From an uncultured Methanosarcinales archaeon (GTDB taxonomy: Archaea; Nanobdellota; Nanobdellia; Woesearchaeales; JABMPP01): a stretch of DNA of 64,000 nt. The DNA is taken from assembly GCA_964604995.1 (NCBI GenBank), contig CAZSAD010000001.1:62001-126000 (forward strand). The letters run 5' to 3'. This document shows, piece after piece, positions 51,425-61,456 of this stretch (its first letter is position 1; the number at the start of each line of letters is the position of its first letter). The translations under genes and the position numbers were made by a program. Under the pieces are notes generated by a model. It saw nothing but the letters and a program-made list of their open reading frames with translations, was not told the origin of the DNA and did not search any database.

Positions 51425-52642
51425 TTATTTTGTCATATCAACTAATTTTTTAATTTCTTCTACAAAAACATCAATTTCTTGGGGTGTATTATACAAATAT
51501 AAACTTGCTCTTGCGCTGCCATCTATATTATTAGCATTGAACCAGGAATGAACACAATGTCTTCCTGATCTAATCATTATGTTTTTTGTTTCATTCAAAA
51601 TTATTGCAATAGTGTGGTAATCCATTCCTTTTATGTTAAAACTTATAATTCCACTTCTATTCTTAGCATCTTTTGGACCTAAAATTTCAACACCTTTTAT
51701 TTTATTTAGTTCATCAGTTGCTTTTTTGTTCAACATAAATTCATGCTTTTCAATTTCATCAAGTCCAATTTTTGATAAATATTCGCAGGCATGAGCCATT
51801 CCAATGATTCCTGCATAATTTTGTAATCCTGCTTCAAATTTTTCTGGTCCAGTTGTCCATTTAACTGAATTATAAGTAGTATCATCAACTGTTCCACCAC
51901 CAACTACAAAACCATCCATGTTTTTCATAAATTCTGATTTAACATAAAGCGCTCCCATGCCAGTTGGCCCAAGCATTTTATGTCCAGAAAATGATAAAAA
52001 ATCAGCGTCTAGTTTTCTAACATTCATTTTTTTATGTGGTGCTGCCTGCGCAGCATCAATTAAAATTGGAACTTTATTTTCATGTGCAATTTTAATTACT
52101 TGTTCAATTGGAATTGAACTTCCATCCATATTTGAAGTCCAAACTACAGACACAAATCCTGCATTTTTTACTTTTTTTTGAAAATCATCAATATCAAAAT
52201 TTTCCTGTGAAAATTTGACAAATTCCAAATTGCTTATTTTTCCTTGAGTTTTAAGTTTAAGCCATGGCAGTAAATTAGAATTATGCTCTTTTTCAGATAT
52301 TACAACATGTTTGCCTTTATCAATCTTAAAAGAATTTGCAACAATATTTATTCCTTCAGTTGTATTTTTGGTTATAATAATCTCTTTTTCATTTTTTGCA
52401 CCAATAAAATTCGCAATTACTTTTCTACTCCAATCAACTTTTTCAGTTACAATTTTGCCAAGTGCATGCTGGCTTCTTTCGCCACACGCAGGATAATTAA
52501 TATAATAATCATTCATGGAATCAATTACTTGCTTAGGTTTAAGTGTCATGCAAGCATTGTCAAAATAAATTATTGGTTGACCTTTTATTTTCTTAGATAG
52601 AACAAAAAAATCCTGCCTTATCTTTTCAGTATTTAGGCTCAT
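51425..52642 (-). CDS. sufS: Cysteine desulfurase, SufS/CsdA group
   Basis: YFDNAC, NTTEGIN, EHNSN, DAAQ, SGHKMLGPTG, RSGRHC. Confidence 0.9.
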   Translation of the reverse strand: MSLNTEKIRQDFFVLSKKIKGQPIIYFDNACMTLKPKQVIDSMNDYYINYPACGERSQHALGKIVTEKVDWSRKVIANFIGAKNEKEIIITKNTTEGINIVANSFKIDKGKHVVISEKEHNSNLLPWLKLKTQGKISNLEFVKFSQENFDIDDFQKKVKNAGFVSVVWTSNMDGSSIPIEQVIKIAHENKVPILIDAAQAAPHKKMNVRKLDADFLSFSGHKMLGPTGMGALYVKSEFMKNMDGFVVGGGTVDDTTYNSVKWTTGPEKFEAGLQNYAGIIGMAHACEYLSKIGLDEIEKHEFMLNKKATDELNKIKGVEILGPKDAKNRSGIISFNIKGMDYHTIAIILNETKNIMIRSGRHCVHSWFNANNIDGSARASLYLYNTPQEIDVFVEEIKKLVDMTK

Positions 52643-52727
52643 AGTAATAGAAAAATTATTCTCCTTTAATAATCTTATCTGTTATTATCTCCTTTAATAA
52701 TATTACTTTACAACTTTGCAGAAATAT

Positions 52728-53690
52728 TTAATGACAACTCTGAAGTGAATTTGAATTATTTATTTCACTAATTGTTTTTTCATCACCTTCAATTACTTTT
52801 TTAAATGTATCAAAATCTTGTGGCCCAACAATTGTTCTATTGTTTATAAAAAATGTTGGCGTGCCATAAACACCTGCTTTTATTCCTGCTTCAACATCTT
52901 TTTCAACATCTGAAAAATATTTGTTGCTATCATAACAAGAATTGAATAAATTCATATCTAATCCAAACTCAGATGCAACTTGTTTTACACCTTCTTTTGT
53001 ATGATTCATAGTTTCAAGCCTGCTAAACATGTAATCTCTAAATTGCCAATATTTGCCTTGGTCATTAGCACATTTTGCAGCCATTGCATGAAACTCGGCA
53101 TTTTCATGATTTGAACTAACTGGAAAATCTCTAAAAGTATATTTGACTTTTCCAGTGTATGCTTGAAGAATTTGTTTAACTATCGGCTCAGCTTTTTTAG
53201 TATAAGGGCAAAGATAACATCCAAATTCTATTATTTCAATTTTAGCATCATTTGGTCCGATGCTAGGTGAATTGCCAAAATTTGGAAGAATGATTGGCCC
53301 AGTGTAATTTGTAATGGTTGTTGAAAATTTGCTTTTTCCAGCAGGATCAAATAAACAAAATCCCTCTCCATTTTGCTTTCCATTGCAGTTGCCGTAAGTA
53401 AAGTAATTATATGTTGAAATTCCAGATTGAACTGTGCTCCAAATCATTAGTATCAAAAATAACCAAGATATTATTTCAAATCTTTTGTACAAAAATTTGC
53501 CAATCTTTGGACTTCTTTTCATAATCTTGCCAGTTATCTGACCTTTTAGTCTAACATCAAGTCCTGACTCACATTTTCTAAGAGTTAATCTTCGAAAAAC
53601 GCAATCAAATGCTTCTTTTGCAATTGGCCTATAGCTCGCGCTGAAAATTGACAGAATCCCAAAAACTATTAACGCAATTATACATATCAT
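52728..53690 (-). CDS. DsbA-family thiol-disulfide oxidoreductase with Cys-containing N-terminal membrane domain
   Basis: IEFGCYLCPY, FRDFP, AAKCANDQGKYW, GVYGTPTFFIN. Confidence 0.88.
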   Translation of the reverse strand: MICIIALIVFGILSIFSASYRPIAKEAFDCVFRRLTLRKCESGLDVRLKGQITGKIMKRSPKIGKFLYKRFEIISWLFLILMIWSTVQSGISTYNYFTYGNCNGKQNGEGFCLFDPAGKSKFSTTITNYTGPIILPNFGNSPSIGPNDAKIEIIEFGCYLCPYTKKAEPIVKQILQAYTGKVKYTFRDFPVSSNHENAEFHAMAAKCANDQGKYWQFRDYMFSRLETMNHTKEGVKQVASEFGLDMNLFNSCYDSNKYFSDVEKDVEAGIKAGVYGTPTFFINNRTIVGPQDFDTFKKVIEGDEKTISEINNSNSLQSCH

Positions 53691-53823
53691 GTTTATCTAC
53701 GGTTAAGACTTAATAAGAGCTTTATAATATTTTGCATAAATACTTTACATATTCTTATTTTCATGTTCTAATTTTTTCATATTTTTCAAAACCTTTTTTA
53801 ATAGTACCTTCTTTTCAAAATCC

Positions 53824-54537
53824 ATGAAAGTTTATTTTATAGAAGCAAAATACAAGAAAATAATTCAACTGCCAGAAAATTTAATCAAAGCATTGCCAAA
53901 AACAATAGCTTTGTTCATGTCTGTGCAATTTTCAGATAGTCAAAAACCTATTATTAAACAAATCAAAGATAAAAATAAAACTGTAATCTTGCCTCTTGCA
54001 CCTCATTCAAAATACCCTGGACAGCTTTTAGGCTGCGGAATTATGAAATTCAAGGAAAAATTTGACGCATTTTTATATATTGGAGACGGGGTTTTTCATC
54101 CTCAAACTTTAGTTGTTGAAAACAACAAACCTGTTTATTTATTTGACCCATTTGATGATAAAGGCAAATGGCAAATGCTTGATACTTCAATTGTTGAGCA
54201 AAAACTAAAAAGAAAACAAGGCTCTATTGCAAAATTTTATGCATCTGATAACATTGGTGTTTTAGTTTCAACTAAGCCTGGTCAAAATTTTTTAAAAACA
54301 TCTTTAAAATTAAAACAGCTTTATCCAAAAAAGAATTTTTATTTTATTGTGGATAACAATGTTGATTTTTCACAACTGGAAAATTTCCCATTTATTGAAT
54401 GCTGGATAAATACTGCCTGTCCAAGAATTGGAATAGATGATGTTTATAAATTTCAAAAACCAGTAGTTAATTTAGATGATGTTGCACAAGGTTCAATGAA
54501 AACAAGCATTGCTTTCAAAGCACAATTCAAAAAATAA
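53824..54537 (+). CDS. dph2: Diphthamide synthesis Dph2-family protein, N-terminally shortened
   Basis: PGQLLGC, YIGDGVFH, VSTKPGQ, NTACPRIGIDD. Confidence 0.85.
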   Translation: MKVYFIEAKYKKIIQLPENLIKALPKTIALFMSVQFSDSQKPIIKQIKDKNKTVILPLAPHSKYPGQLLGCGIMKFKEKFDAFLYIGDGVFHPQTLVVENNKPVYLFDPFDDKGKWQMLDTSIVEQKLKRKQGSIAKFYASDNIGVLVSTKPGQNFLKTSLKLKQLYPKKNFYFIVDNNVDFSQLENFPFIECWINTACPRIGIDDVYKFQKPVVNLDDVAQGSMKTSIAFKAQFKK

Positions 54538-54749
54538 AATCAATTCTAAATTTAACTAATTTTAAATTTTGGGTAATCCACAATCCATTACTTTGTACTT
54601 TGTAGTCCACTACTTTATTAATCATTAAATTACCGAAAAGTATTTATATACTAAAATGGAAAGTCCTATACTAGAATAACTATATTAGGATTATATTAAA
54701 TTAATTTTTAAATCAATCTTTAAAAATAAATTAGTGGAGGTTAAGTAAG

Positions 54750-56852
54750 ATGCATCAAAAGCTCAGCGTTCTAATTATTTTAGTTTTTTCCTTATCTTTA
54801 TTTGGTTGTCAAAATGCAAGTTTAACAGGTAAATCTTTTGCTGCACAATATAATTCAGCAATTCCTGTTGCAGCATTTGATAATAATTTTGGAAAATTAA
54901 CAATAGAAACAAATCCTGGAGAAGCTAAAATAATTATAGATGGTATTACACTTGATATAACAACACCTCTTTATAATTTTTCAGTTCCTTTGGGCCATCA
55001 TACTCTTGAACTTGTAAGTAATGAACAATATGGTTCATATTACAATGAAATAGATATCTTATCTGGTCAGACAACTAGGATATATTATGAATTCAAAGAA
55101 AATACAAATAGTCTTCTTTATATCGAAACAGTTCCAGATGGAGCAGTTGTTTTACTCAATGGCAAAGAATATACCAAAACAAATTTTAAACAAGAGATAT
55201 CTTGTGGTGCATACTATTTAACTTTAAAAAAAGATGGATACAAAACAGTTTCTAAACAAATTGAAGTTCTTCCAAATGAACCTTTAGAACTAAAAGAAAT
55301 TCTTATTGCTGATGGATTTGCAACTCTTTCCATTAATTCAAAACCTCAAGGGGCAGAAGTTTATATGAATACTGGTGATATCACTAATAATGGTAATGCT
55401 AGTTTAGTTTTAAGAGGTAAAACCCCTTTAGATATCATAGAATTAAAACCAAACACTAAATATTTAATACAAATAAAACAAACAGGTTTTGAAACTTGGA
55501 TGGATACTATTGAATTTGCACCAAGCGAAACAAAATATATTTATGCAGATTTACAGTTAAATCCTATTACAACTGGTACTTTAGATATTACAACTTCTCC
55601 ATCGGGTGTTAAAGTTCTTGTTGATTCCATTGAAAAAGGAACAACAAATCCTAATTTATTAGTTACAGATTTACAGCAAGCAAAACATACGTTAATTCTT
55701 TCTAAAACAGGTTATACTACCTATGAAACTTCATTTGATATATTTGCAAATAATATCACTAAATTAAGTGTTGCTCTAAATCCTTTGCCAATCCTATCAA
55801 ATAATCTTTCATCATATTGTAAATTGGTATGGACAGATTGGAAAAATAGAGACGATCCGAGTGGCACTGGTGATTGGGAAACAAAAATATCATTCCCAGA
55901 TGTTTGCCAAAATGCAGTCGGTGTAGATTGTCAAACACTAAATGGTATAAATTATACAAAAACAAATCAATTAATAACTTGCAATCCTCAAGATGGTGCT
56001 ATTTGTCAAAACAGTTTAAATCCTAAAGGCTGTTTAAATTACAAAGTTAGATTCCTTTGTCCAATCCCTATTGGAAGTCCGCTATGTGATAATGTACCCT
56101 CAACAGGAAATCTATTTGTTTCAACAACAAATGCAAATCCTGCATCACTGTATGTTGATGGATATTACAAAGGCGCAACTCCAATTACAGTAACAGNNNN
56201 NNNNNNNNNNNNNNNNNNNNNNNNNNNNNNNNNNNNNNNNNNNNNNNNNNNNNNNNNNNNNNNNNNNNNNNNNNNNNNNNNNNNNNNNNNNNNNNNTGGT
56301 GAAAAATATGTTTATGCAGGGCAAACAGTGTATGTTAATGTAACTTTGGTTTTAAACACAACTTCTATTGTTCCAACTGGTAGCATTTATATATACTCAA
56401 ATAAAGATAGTAATGGAATTCCAGTTTATGTTTATATCGATGGTTATTCAAAAGGAACATCTCCAATTATTGTTAGCAATTTAACAATAGGTAATCATTT
56501 TGTTAAAGTTTCAACTGAAGGTTATCTTGATTGGATGGGATGGGCTGCCGTTGCAACAAATCAATTAAGTTATGTGTATGCAAACATTAATCAAACTAAT
56601 ACTACTGATATGGGATATTTAAGAATAATTTCATCTCCTTCCAATGCGACAATTTATTTGAATTATGCAAATACTGGGCAAACAACTCCTTTTACATTTA
56701 GTAAAAAATCAGGTACTTATGTAATTGGGCTAGATAAATTAGGTTACAATTATTGGTCAGGTAATGCAACAGTAAATTCAGGTTCAACAACAACAGTAGA
56801 AGTTGTTTTGACATCTAAAAAACAAGCAATTGTAACAGCTAAACAACGATAA
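54750..56852 (+). CDS. PEGA-repeat surface protein with WxxW (mucin CysD-like) domain; lipobox-like N-terminus; contains 100-N gap
   Basis: Repeated G.L.I.S.P.GA.V.(I/V)DG...G.TP...L.K.GY units; WTDWKNRDDPSGTGDWET...CLNYKVRFLCP; LSLFG-C. Confidence 0.85.
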   Translation: MHQKLSVLIILVFSLSLFGCQNASLTGKSFAAQYNSAIPVAAFDNNFGKLTIETNPGEAKIIIDGITLDITTPLYNFSVPLGHHTLELVSNEQYGSYYNEIDILSGQTTRIYYEFKENTNSLLYIETVPDGAVVLLNGKEYTKTNFKQEISCGAYYLTLKKDGYKTVSKQIEVLPNEPLELKEILIADGFATLSINSKPQGAEVYMNTGDITNNGNASLVLRGKTPLDIIELKPNTKYLIQIKQTGFETWMDTIEFAPSETKYIYADLQLNPITTGTLDITTSPSGVKVLVDSIEKGTTNPNLLVTDLQQAKHTLILSKTGYTTYETSFDIFANNITKLSVALNPLPILSNNLSSYCKLVWTDWKNRDDPSGTGDWETKISFPDVCQNAVGVDCQTLNGINYTKTNQLITCNPQDGAICQNSLNPKGCLNYKVRFLCPIPIGSPLCDNVPSTGNLFVSTTNANPASLYVDGYYKGATPITVTXXXXXXXXXXXXXXXXXXXXXXXXXXXXXXXXXXGEKYVYAGQTVYVNVTLVLNTTSIVPTGSIYIYSNKDSNGIPVYVYIDGYSKGTSPIIVSNLTIGNHFVKVSTEGYLDWMGWAAVATNQLSYVYANINQTNTTDMGYLRIISSPSNATIYLNYANTGQTTPFTFSKKSGTYVIGLDKLGYNYWSGNATVNSGSTTTVEVVLTSKKQAIVTAKQR

Positions 56853-56922
56853 TTTTTTTATAATTATTTTTTATATTTGTTATAATCTTATTTTTTTAAC
56901 ATTCTTTTCTAATTTTCTTATT

Positions 56923-57213
56923 TTATAATCCAAGCATTGCCCTAAGTTCATCACTAGGTTTCCACATTGGGTCAAATGTTAAATCAATTTTAACTTTGCC
57001 AATTCCTTTAATTGAACTAACTTTTTTATAAACATCATCTAAAAGAACAGGGCCATATGGACACATAGGCGTTGTAAAAGTCATCACAATATCAACATCT
57101 TTATTTTTTTTGATGTTTATATCATACACTAATCCTAATGTCCAAACATCTATTTGTATTTCAGGATCAAAACATGTTTTCAATATTTCAATGATTTCTT
57201 CTTTAGTAACCAT
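56923..57213 (-). CDS. Fe-S/metal-sulfur cluster assembly factor (DUF59/SufT-like)
   Basis: DPEIQIDVWTLGLVY, TFTTPMCP, TFDPMW. Confidence 0.92.
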   Translation of the reverse strand: MVTKEEIIEILKTCFDPEIQIDVWTLGLVYDINIKKNKDVDIVMTFTTPMCPYGPVLLDDVYKKVSSIKGIGKVKIDLTFDPMWKPSDELRAMLGL

Positions 57214-57259
57214 TATCTTCTCTTTTTTCCTATCTTTTCATTTCCTTTTGAAATTAAGA

Positions 57260-58231
57260 TCAAGATCTAATATTTACACTATCTTCCAGTTTTGTATCTT
57301 TAATTGCATAGCCCACTCCTTGTCCAGCATAAAAAGCTGGCTTAGATAATGAACTTACAATACTAGACCAAAATCCCTGTTTTTCTTTGTACTCAACTAT
57401 TTTTACAGTTGTATTCAATCTTTGTTCAATTATTTTTACTGCATCATCTTTATTGCCTAAAACATCTACTAATTTCAAGTCTTTTGCTTCAGCACCAGTA
57501 AAAAAATCGCCTTGAGAAACTTTTAAAATTTCTTGACTAGTAAGATTTCTGTTTTGTGCAACTTCATCCATAAAATATTGGTGCATTTTATCTAATTTTG
57601 TTTGGAATAATTCTCTTTCTTCATCAGTCATATTTCTAAATGGACTGCCCATATCTTTATATTTTCCAGCAACCAATCTTTCATATGTAACGCCATATTT
57701 ATCCATGGTTCCTTGAAATTCAAGATAAGAAGATATTACTCCGATGCTTCCAGTAATTGACATTTTGCTTGCAACAACAATATCTGCTGCTGATGCTGCC
57801 CAATAAGCACCGCTAGTTCCAATATCTCTTATTACTGCAACTTTTAATTTTTTTGATTGTTTCATTGCAAATGCAATTTCTTCACTTGCAACAGGGCTTC
57901 CACCTGGAGAATTTATATCAAAAATTATTGCTTTGATACCTGAATCTTTATCTGCAGCTTTTATAAATTCTACAATTCTATCGGATGATGCACTTTGGCT
58001 AGAGAAGAAATTATCATTTTTTTCAGTATTAATAATTCCTTTTATAGAAATTACAGCAACATTGCCTTTGCCAACAGGTGTTTCAATTTCATTATTTCCA
58101 CCAAAATATAAACTGATGCCTCCGGCAATAACCATGCTAATTATCCACAAAAATAATAAAAATCCTATTATAAAAAACCATTTTGATCTTTGATTTCCTT
58201 TTGGTATTTGCTCATCATTTTTCTTTGCCAT
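57260..58231 (-). CDS. sppA: Signal peptide peptidase SppA (S49)
   Basis: INSPGGS, GTSGAYW, TGSIGVI, GKYKDMGSPFR. Confidence 0.93.
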   Translation of the reverse strand: MAKKNDEQIPKGNQRSKWFFIIGFLLFLWIISMVIAGGISLYFGGNNEIETPVGKGNVAVISIKGIINTEKNDNFFSSQSASSDRIVEFIKAADKDSGIKAIIFDINSPGGSPVASEEIAFAMKQSKKLKVAVIRDIGTSGAYWAASAADIVVASKMSITGSIGVISSYLEFQGTMDKYGVTYERLVAGKYKDMGSPFRNMTDEERELFQTKLDKMHQYFMDEVAQNRNLTSQEILKVSQGDFFTGAEAKDLKLVDVLGNKDDAVKIIEQRLNTTVKIVEYKEKQGFWSSIVSSLSKPAFYAGQGVGYAIKDTKLEDSVNIRS

Positions 58232-58340
58232 AATTCAATCACCTTAAATCTATAAACACTTAATCATTAAGTTTAATAATCAACATTTTAATAATCAATT
58301 TTTAATTTTTTGAATTTTTTTAATAAGTAATTTAATATTC

Positions 58341-58868
58341 TTAATTTTGATTTTGGCCATTCCAAGTTATTACTTCAACAACAAAAGTGCCGCTCATCTT
58401 CTCACTTAATCTTTGATTTGTTTTGTTAAAAAACATATATATTGGGTCAATAATTATTAATATAAAAAATGGGAATAATGGGATAAGATACATATTTCTT
58501 ACAATTGATTGCAAAAAGCTAATTTTGTTATTTTCTTTAATTGTGCTTTCTTCTGAAACTGGAACAACATAAATTCCAAATAACATTTTACCAATTGTTT
58601 GTCCAAGTTTCCATTCCATTACTGAAAAATAAAGCAGTGCAATAACTCCAATAAATATTGAACTTGCATATAATTTTCCAAGAACAATATCGTTTTCAGA
58701 TAATAATTTAAACACTTCAAAAAAATCTCCCTGCGGAATACTATCAATAATGATTTTTCTAAATGGTTCTAAAATTATAAGATTTATTATCAAAAGATCC
58801 CCTATAAATGCTAATAATCTTTTAATTAAAGAAGCATTCATCAAATATTTCTTTTTTGCTTTTGGCAT
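58341..58868 (-). CDS. RDD-family membrane protein
   Basis: KRLLAFIGD, GQTIGKMLFGI, NQRLSEKMSGTFVV. Confidence 0.88.
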   Translation of the reverse strand: MPKAKKKYLMNASLIKRLLAFIGDLLIINLIILEPFRKIIIDSIPQGDFFEVFKLLSENDIVLGKLYASSIFIGVIALLYFSVMEWKLGQTIGKMLFGIYVVPVSEESTIKENNKISFLQSIVRNMYLIPLFPFFILIIIDPIYMFFNKTNQRLSEKMSGTFVVEVITWNGQNQN

Positions 58869-59011
58869 AATTTAAACTAACATGCAAAAGTATAAAAGCT
58901 TTTGTTTTAACATTTATTCTATCTTAACATTTATCTTGTTATTTATCTTGTTTTAACATCTACTTTTTTAAAATATCCATAAATATCTTAAAATATCTTA
59001 AAATTTTATAC

Positions 59012-59027
59012 TTACTCAAAATAGTGA
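59012..59027. promoter_or_regulatory. Candidate operator upstream of rib operon
   Basis: Imperfect inverted repeat TTACT-CAAAAT-AGTGA just upstream of a TTTTTAAG TATA-like box; binding by the adjacent regulator-kinase is inference. Confidence 0.3.
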
Positions 59028-59073
59028 AACGTAAGGTTTTTAAGTAACTCTAATTTCTTTAATCTTGATTATT

Positions 59074-59715
59074 ATGGATGAACTAGTATTATACATTGCA
59101 AAAAAAGCAGGTATGGGTGATTTGAAAACATCCACCAGAAAAATTTCTTTAGATATTGCAGCTTCACAGCAAACAATAAGTCGAAATCTAAGAGAATTAG
59201 AAAAACAAGGAATTATCTATAGAACATCGACTCCAAATGGTGTTACTGTGAAATTAACAACAACTGCACTATTAAACTTAAGAAAAGAATTTCTTGTATT
59301 AAAAGGAATTTTTGGAAACTCAAATCAGTTGCAAGGTGAAGTTATGTCTGGAGTTGCAGAAGGTAAATATTACATAACTGTTTACAGTAAAAAATTTGAG
59401 GAAAAATTAGGGTTCATTCCTTATCCTGGTACTTTAAACATCAATGTTGATTCCAGAGAAAAAAGTCTTTTTTTATCAGGTTTGCAAAGACTTGAAATTA
59501 TGGAATTTAAAACTAAAACACGATCTTTTGGTGCAGTTTATTGCTATGCTGTAAATATAAAAATAAAAGAAACTATAATTAAAGGTGCAATTGTTGTGCC
59601 AGTTAGAGCAAGGCATCCTGATAATATTATAGAATTAGTTGCAGCATATCCACTTAGAAAAAAATTTAATTTGAAAGATAGTGATAAATTAATAGTTTTA
59701 GCGCCATCACAATAA
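59074..59715 (+). CDS. rbkR: CTP-dependent riboflavin kinase with N-terminal HTH (RbkR-type)
   Basis: SQQTISRNLRELE HTH; GEVMSGVAEGKYY, LGFIPYPGTLN, IIELVAAYPLR. Confidence 0.9.
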   Translation: MDELVLYIAKKAGMGDLKTSTRKISLDIAASQQTISRNLRELEKQGIIYRTSTPNGVTVKLTTTALLNLRKEFLVLKGIFGNSNQLQGEVMSGVAEGKYYITVYSKKFEEKLGFIPYPGTLNINVDSREKSLFLSGLQRLEIMEFKTKTRSFGAVYCYAVNIKIKETIIKGAIVVPVRARHPDNIIELVAAYPLRKKFNLKDSDKLIVLAPSQ

Positions 59716-59770
59716 TCATCACAATGATTTTAACAATGATTTTAACAATAGTTCATTTGAGGTGAACAAA

Positions 59771-60259
59771 ATGAAAATAGGAGTTGCTGATACTACATTT
59801 TCTAGAGTCAATATGTTCGAGTTCGTTGAACAAACAATAAAACAAACAAATAAAAACGCTCAAATAGAAAGATATACTGTTCCAGGAGTAAAAGATTTGC
59901 CAGTAGCATGCAAAAAATTATTTGATTTTTATAATTGCGATATTGTTATTGCTTTAGGTATGTCAGGGCCAATGCCTGTAGATAAAACCTGCACACATGA
60001 AGCATCAATGGCAATACAGCAAGTTATGTTAATGACAAATAAACATATCTTAGAAGTTTTCATTCATATGGATGAAGCAAAAGATGATTCGGATTTATTT
60101 TCTATTTCAAAAAATAGGGCAGTTAAGCACACATTGAATGCAATTGAACTTTTAAAAGGAAAAACAAATTTATCTAAATATGCTGGATCTGGAAGAAGGC
60201 AAGGAAGAGATGATGTTGGTCCAGTTAAAATTACTAAAACAATTACTAAGACTAAATAA
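59771..60259 (+). CDS. ribC: Archaeal-type riboflavin synthase
   Basis: KIGVADTTFSRVNM, TVPGVKDLPVACKKL, HILEVFIHMDEA, GRRQG. Confidence 0.93.
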   Translation: MKIGVADTTFSRVNMFEFVEQTIKQTNKNAQIERYTVPGVKDLPVACKKLFDFYNCDIVIALGMSGPMPVDKTCTHEASMAIQQVMLMTNKHILEVFIHMDEAKDDSDLFSISKNRAVKHTLNAIELLKGKTNLSKYAGSGRRQGRDDVGPVKITKTITKTK

Positions 60260-60315
60260 TATTTTAATATCTTTTTAACTAAAATTTAACTTATAAAAAT
60301 CATAAAGGTGGTAAA

Positions 60316-60726
60316 ATGAAAGACAAAATTGCAATAGTTCTATCTGATTTTAATAAGGATATAACACAAAAAATGTTAGAAACTGCACTAAAAACTGCAA
60401 AAAAACAAAATTTGAAAGTTGTGCAAATAGTGCATGTACCTGGAGCATGGGAAATACCCTATGCATTAAAGCAAGTTTTTGAAAAAAGAAAAATTGATGG
60501 TGCAGTTATGTTAGGTGTAGTTTTGCAAGGTGATACTGACCACGATAAAATTGTTGGAAACAACTGCACAACATTTGCAATGCAACTTTCATTAGAATAT
60601 AACATCCCTCTTTGTTCAGGAATAATTGGTCCAAGAGTCAAGTATGATGCTGCGAAAAAGAAAGCCGAAGAATACTCAACAAGAGCAGTTGAAACAATAG
60701 CATACATATTAAAATTACAAATATAA
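60316..60726 (+). CDS. ribH: 6,7-dimethyl-8-ribityllumazine synthase
   Basis: SDFNKDIT, VPGAWEIP, GVVLQGDTDHD, GIIGP. Confidence 0.93.
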   Translation: MKDKIAIVLSDFNKDITQKMLETALKTAKKQNLKVVQIVHVPGAWEIPYALKQVFEKRKIDGAVMLGVVLQGDTDHDKIVGNNCTTFAMQLSLEYNIPLCSGIIGPRVKYDAAKKKAEEYSTRAVETIAYILKLQI

Positions 60727-60759
60727 TTTTTAATAATCTTTACAAAAGATGTGATTAAA

Positions 60760-61449
60760 ATGACCAAAATACAATTGAAGCAAACTCAAAAATCAAAAGC
60801 AAAAAAAACAAAATTATTGCCTTCTAAAAAAAAGTTTTGGCCATGCGATCGTGATGTAAAAGTAAAAAAACAAGCTCAAGCAAATCTCCCAACAGTATTT
60901 GGTGATTTTGAAATAGTGGTATATACTGATAATAAAAGCAATACTGAGACAGTTGCGCTTGTAAAAGGAATTGTAAAAAATAAATCTAATGTGCTATTAA
61001 GAATGCATTCTAAATGCTTAACAGGTGATACTTTTTTTTCGCTTAAATGTGATTGTGGTTCGCAACTTGTTGCTGCACTTAAAAGAATTCAAAAAGAAAA
61101 TTGCGGAGTTGTTATTTACCTTGACCAGGAAGGCAGAGGAATTGGACTTGCTAATAAAATAAAAGCATACGCTCTTCAAGAAAAAGGTTATGACACAGTT
61201 CAAGCAAATCAACAACTAGGATTGGGTGTGGATTTAAGAGAATATCACATTCCTGCAAAAATAATTAGGGATCTTAGAATAAAAAGCATACATTTAATGA
61301 CCAACAATCCAGATAAAATTAAAAGTTTGGAGCATTGTGGTATTAAAGTAACAAAGCGCGTTCCAACCTTAATTACAAGTAATCCACACAATAAGGATTA
61401 TCTTAATGTAAAAAAGAAAAAAATGGGACACTTACTTAATAAACAATGA
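60760..61449 (+). CDS. ribA: GTP cyclohydrolase II (bacterial type)
   Basis: RMHSKCLTGD, CDCG, QEGRGIGLANKIKAY, LMTNNPDK. Confidence 0.94.
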   Translation: MTKIQLKQTQKSKAKKTKLLPSKKKFWPCDRDVKVKKQAQANLPTVFGDFEIVVYTDNKSNTETVALVKGIVKNKSNVLLRMHSKCLTGDTFFSLKCDCGSQLVAALKRIQKENCGVVIYLDQEGRGIGLANKIKAYALQEKGYDTVQANQQLGLGVDLREYHIPAKIIRDLRIKSIHLMTNNPDKIKSLEHCGIKVTKRVPTLITSNPHNKDYLNVKKKKMGHLLNKQ

Positions 61450-61456
61450 GGCCATT

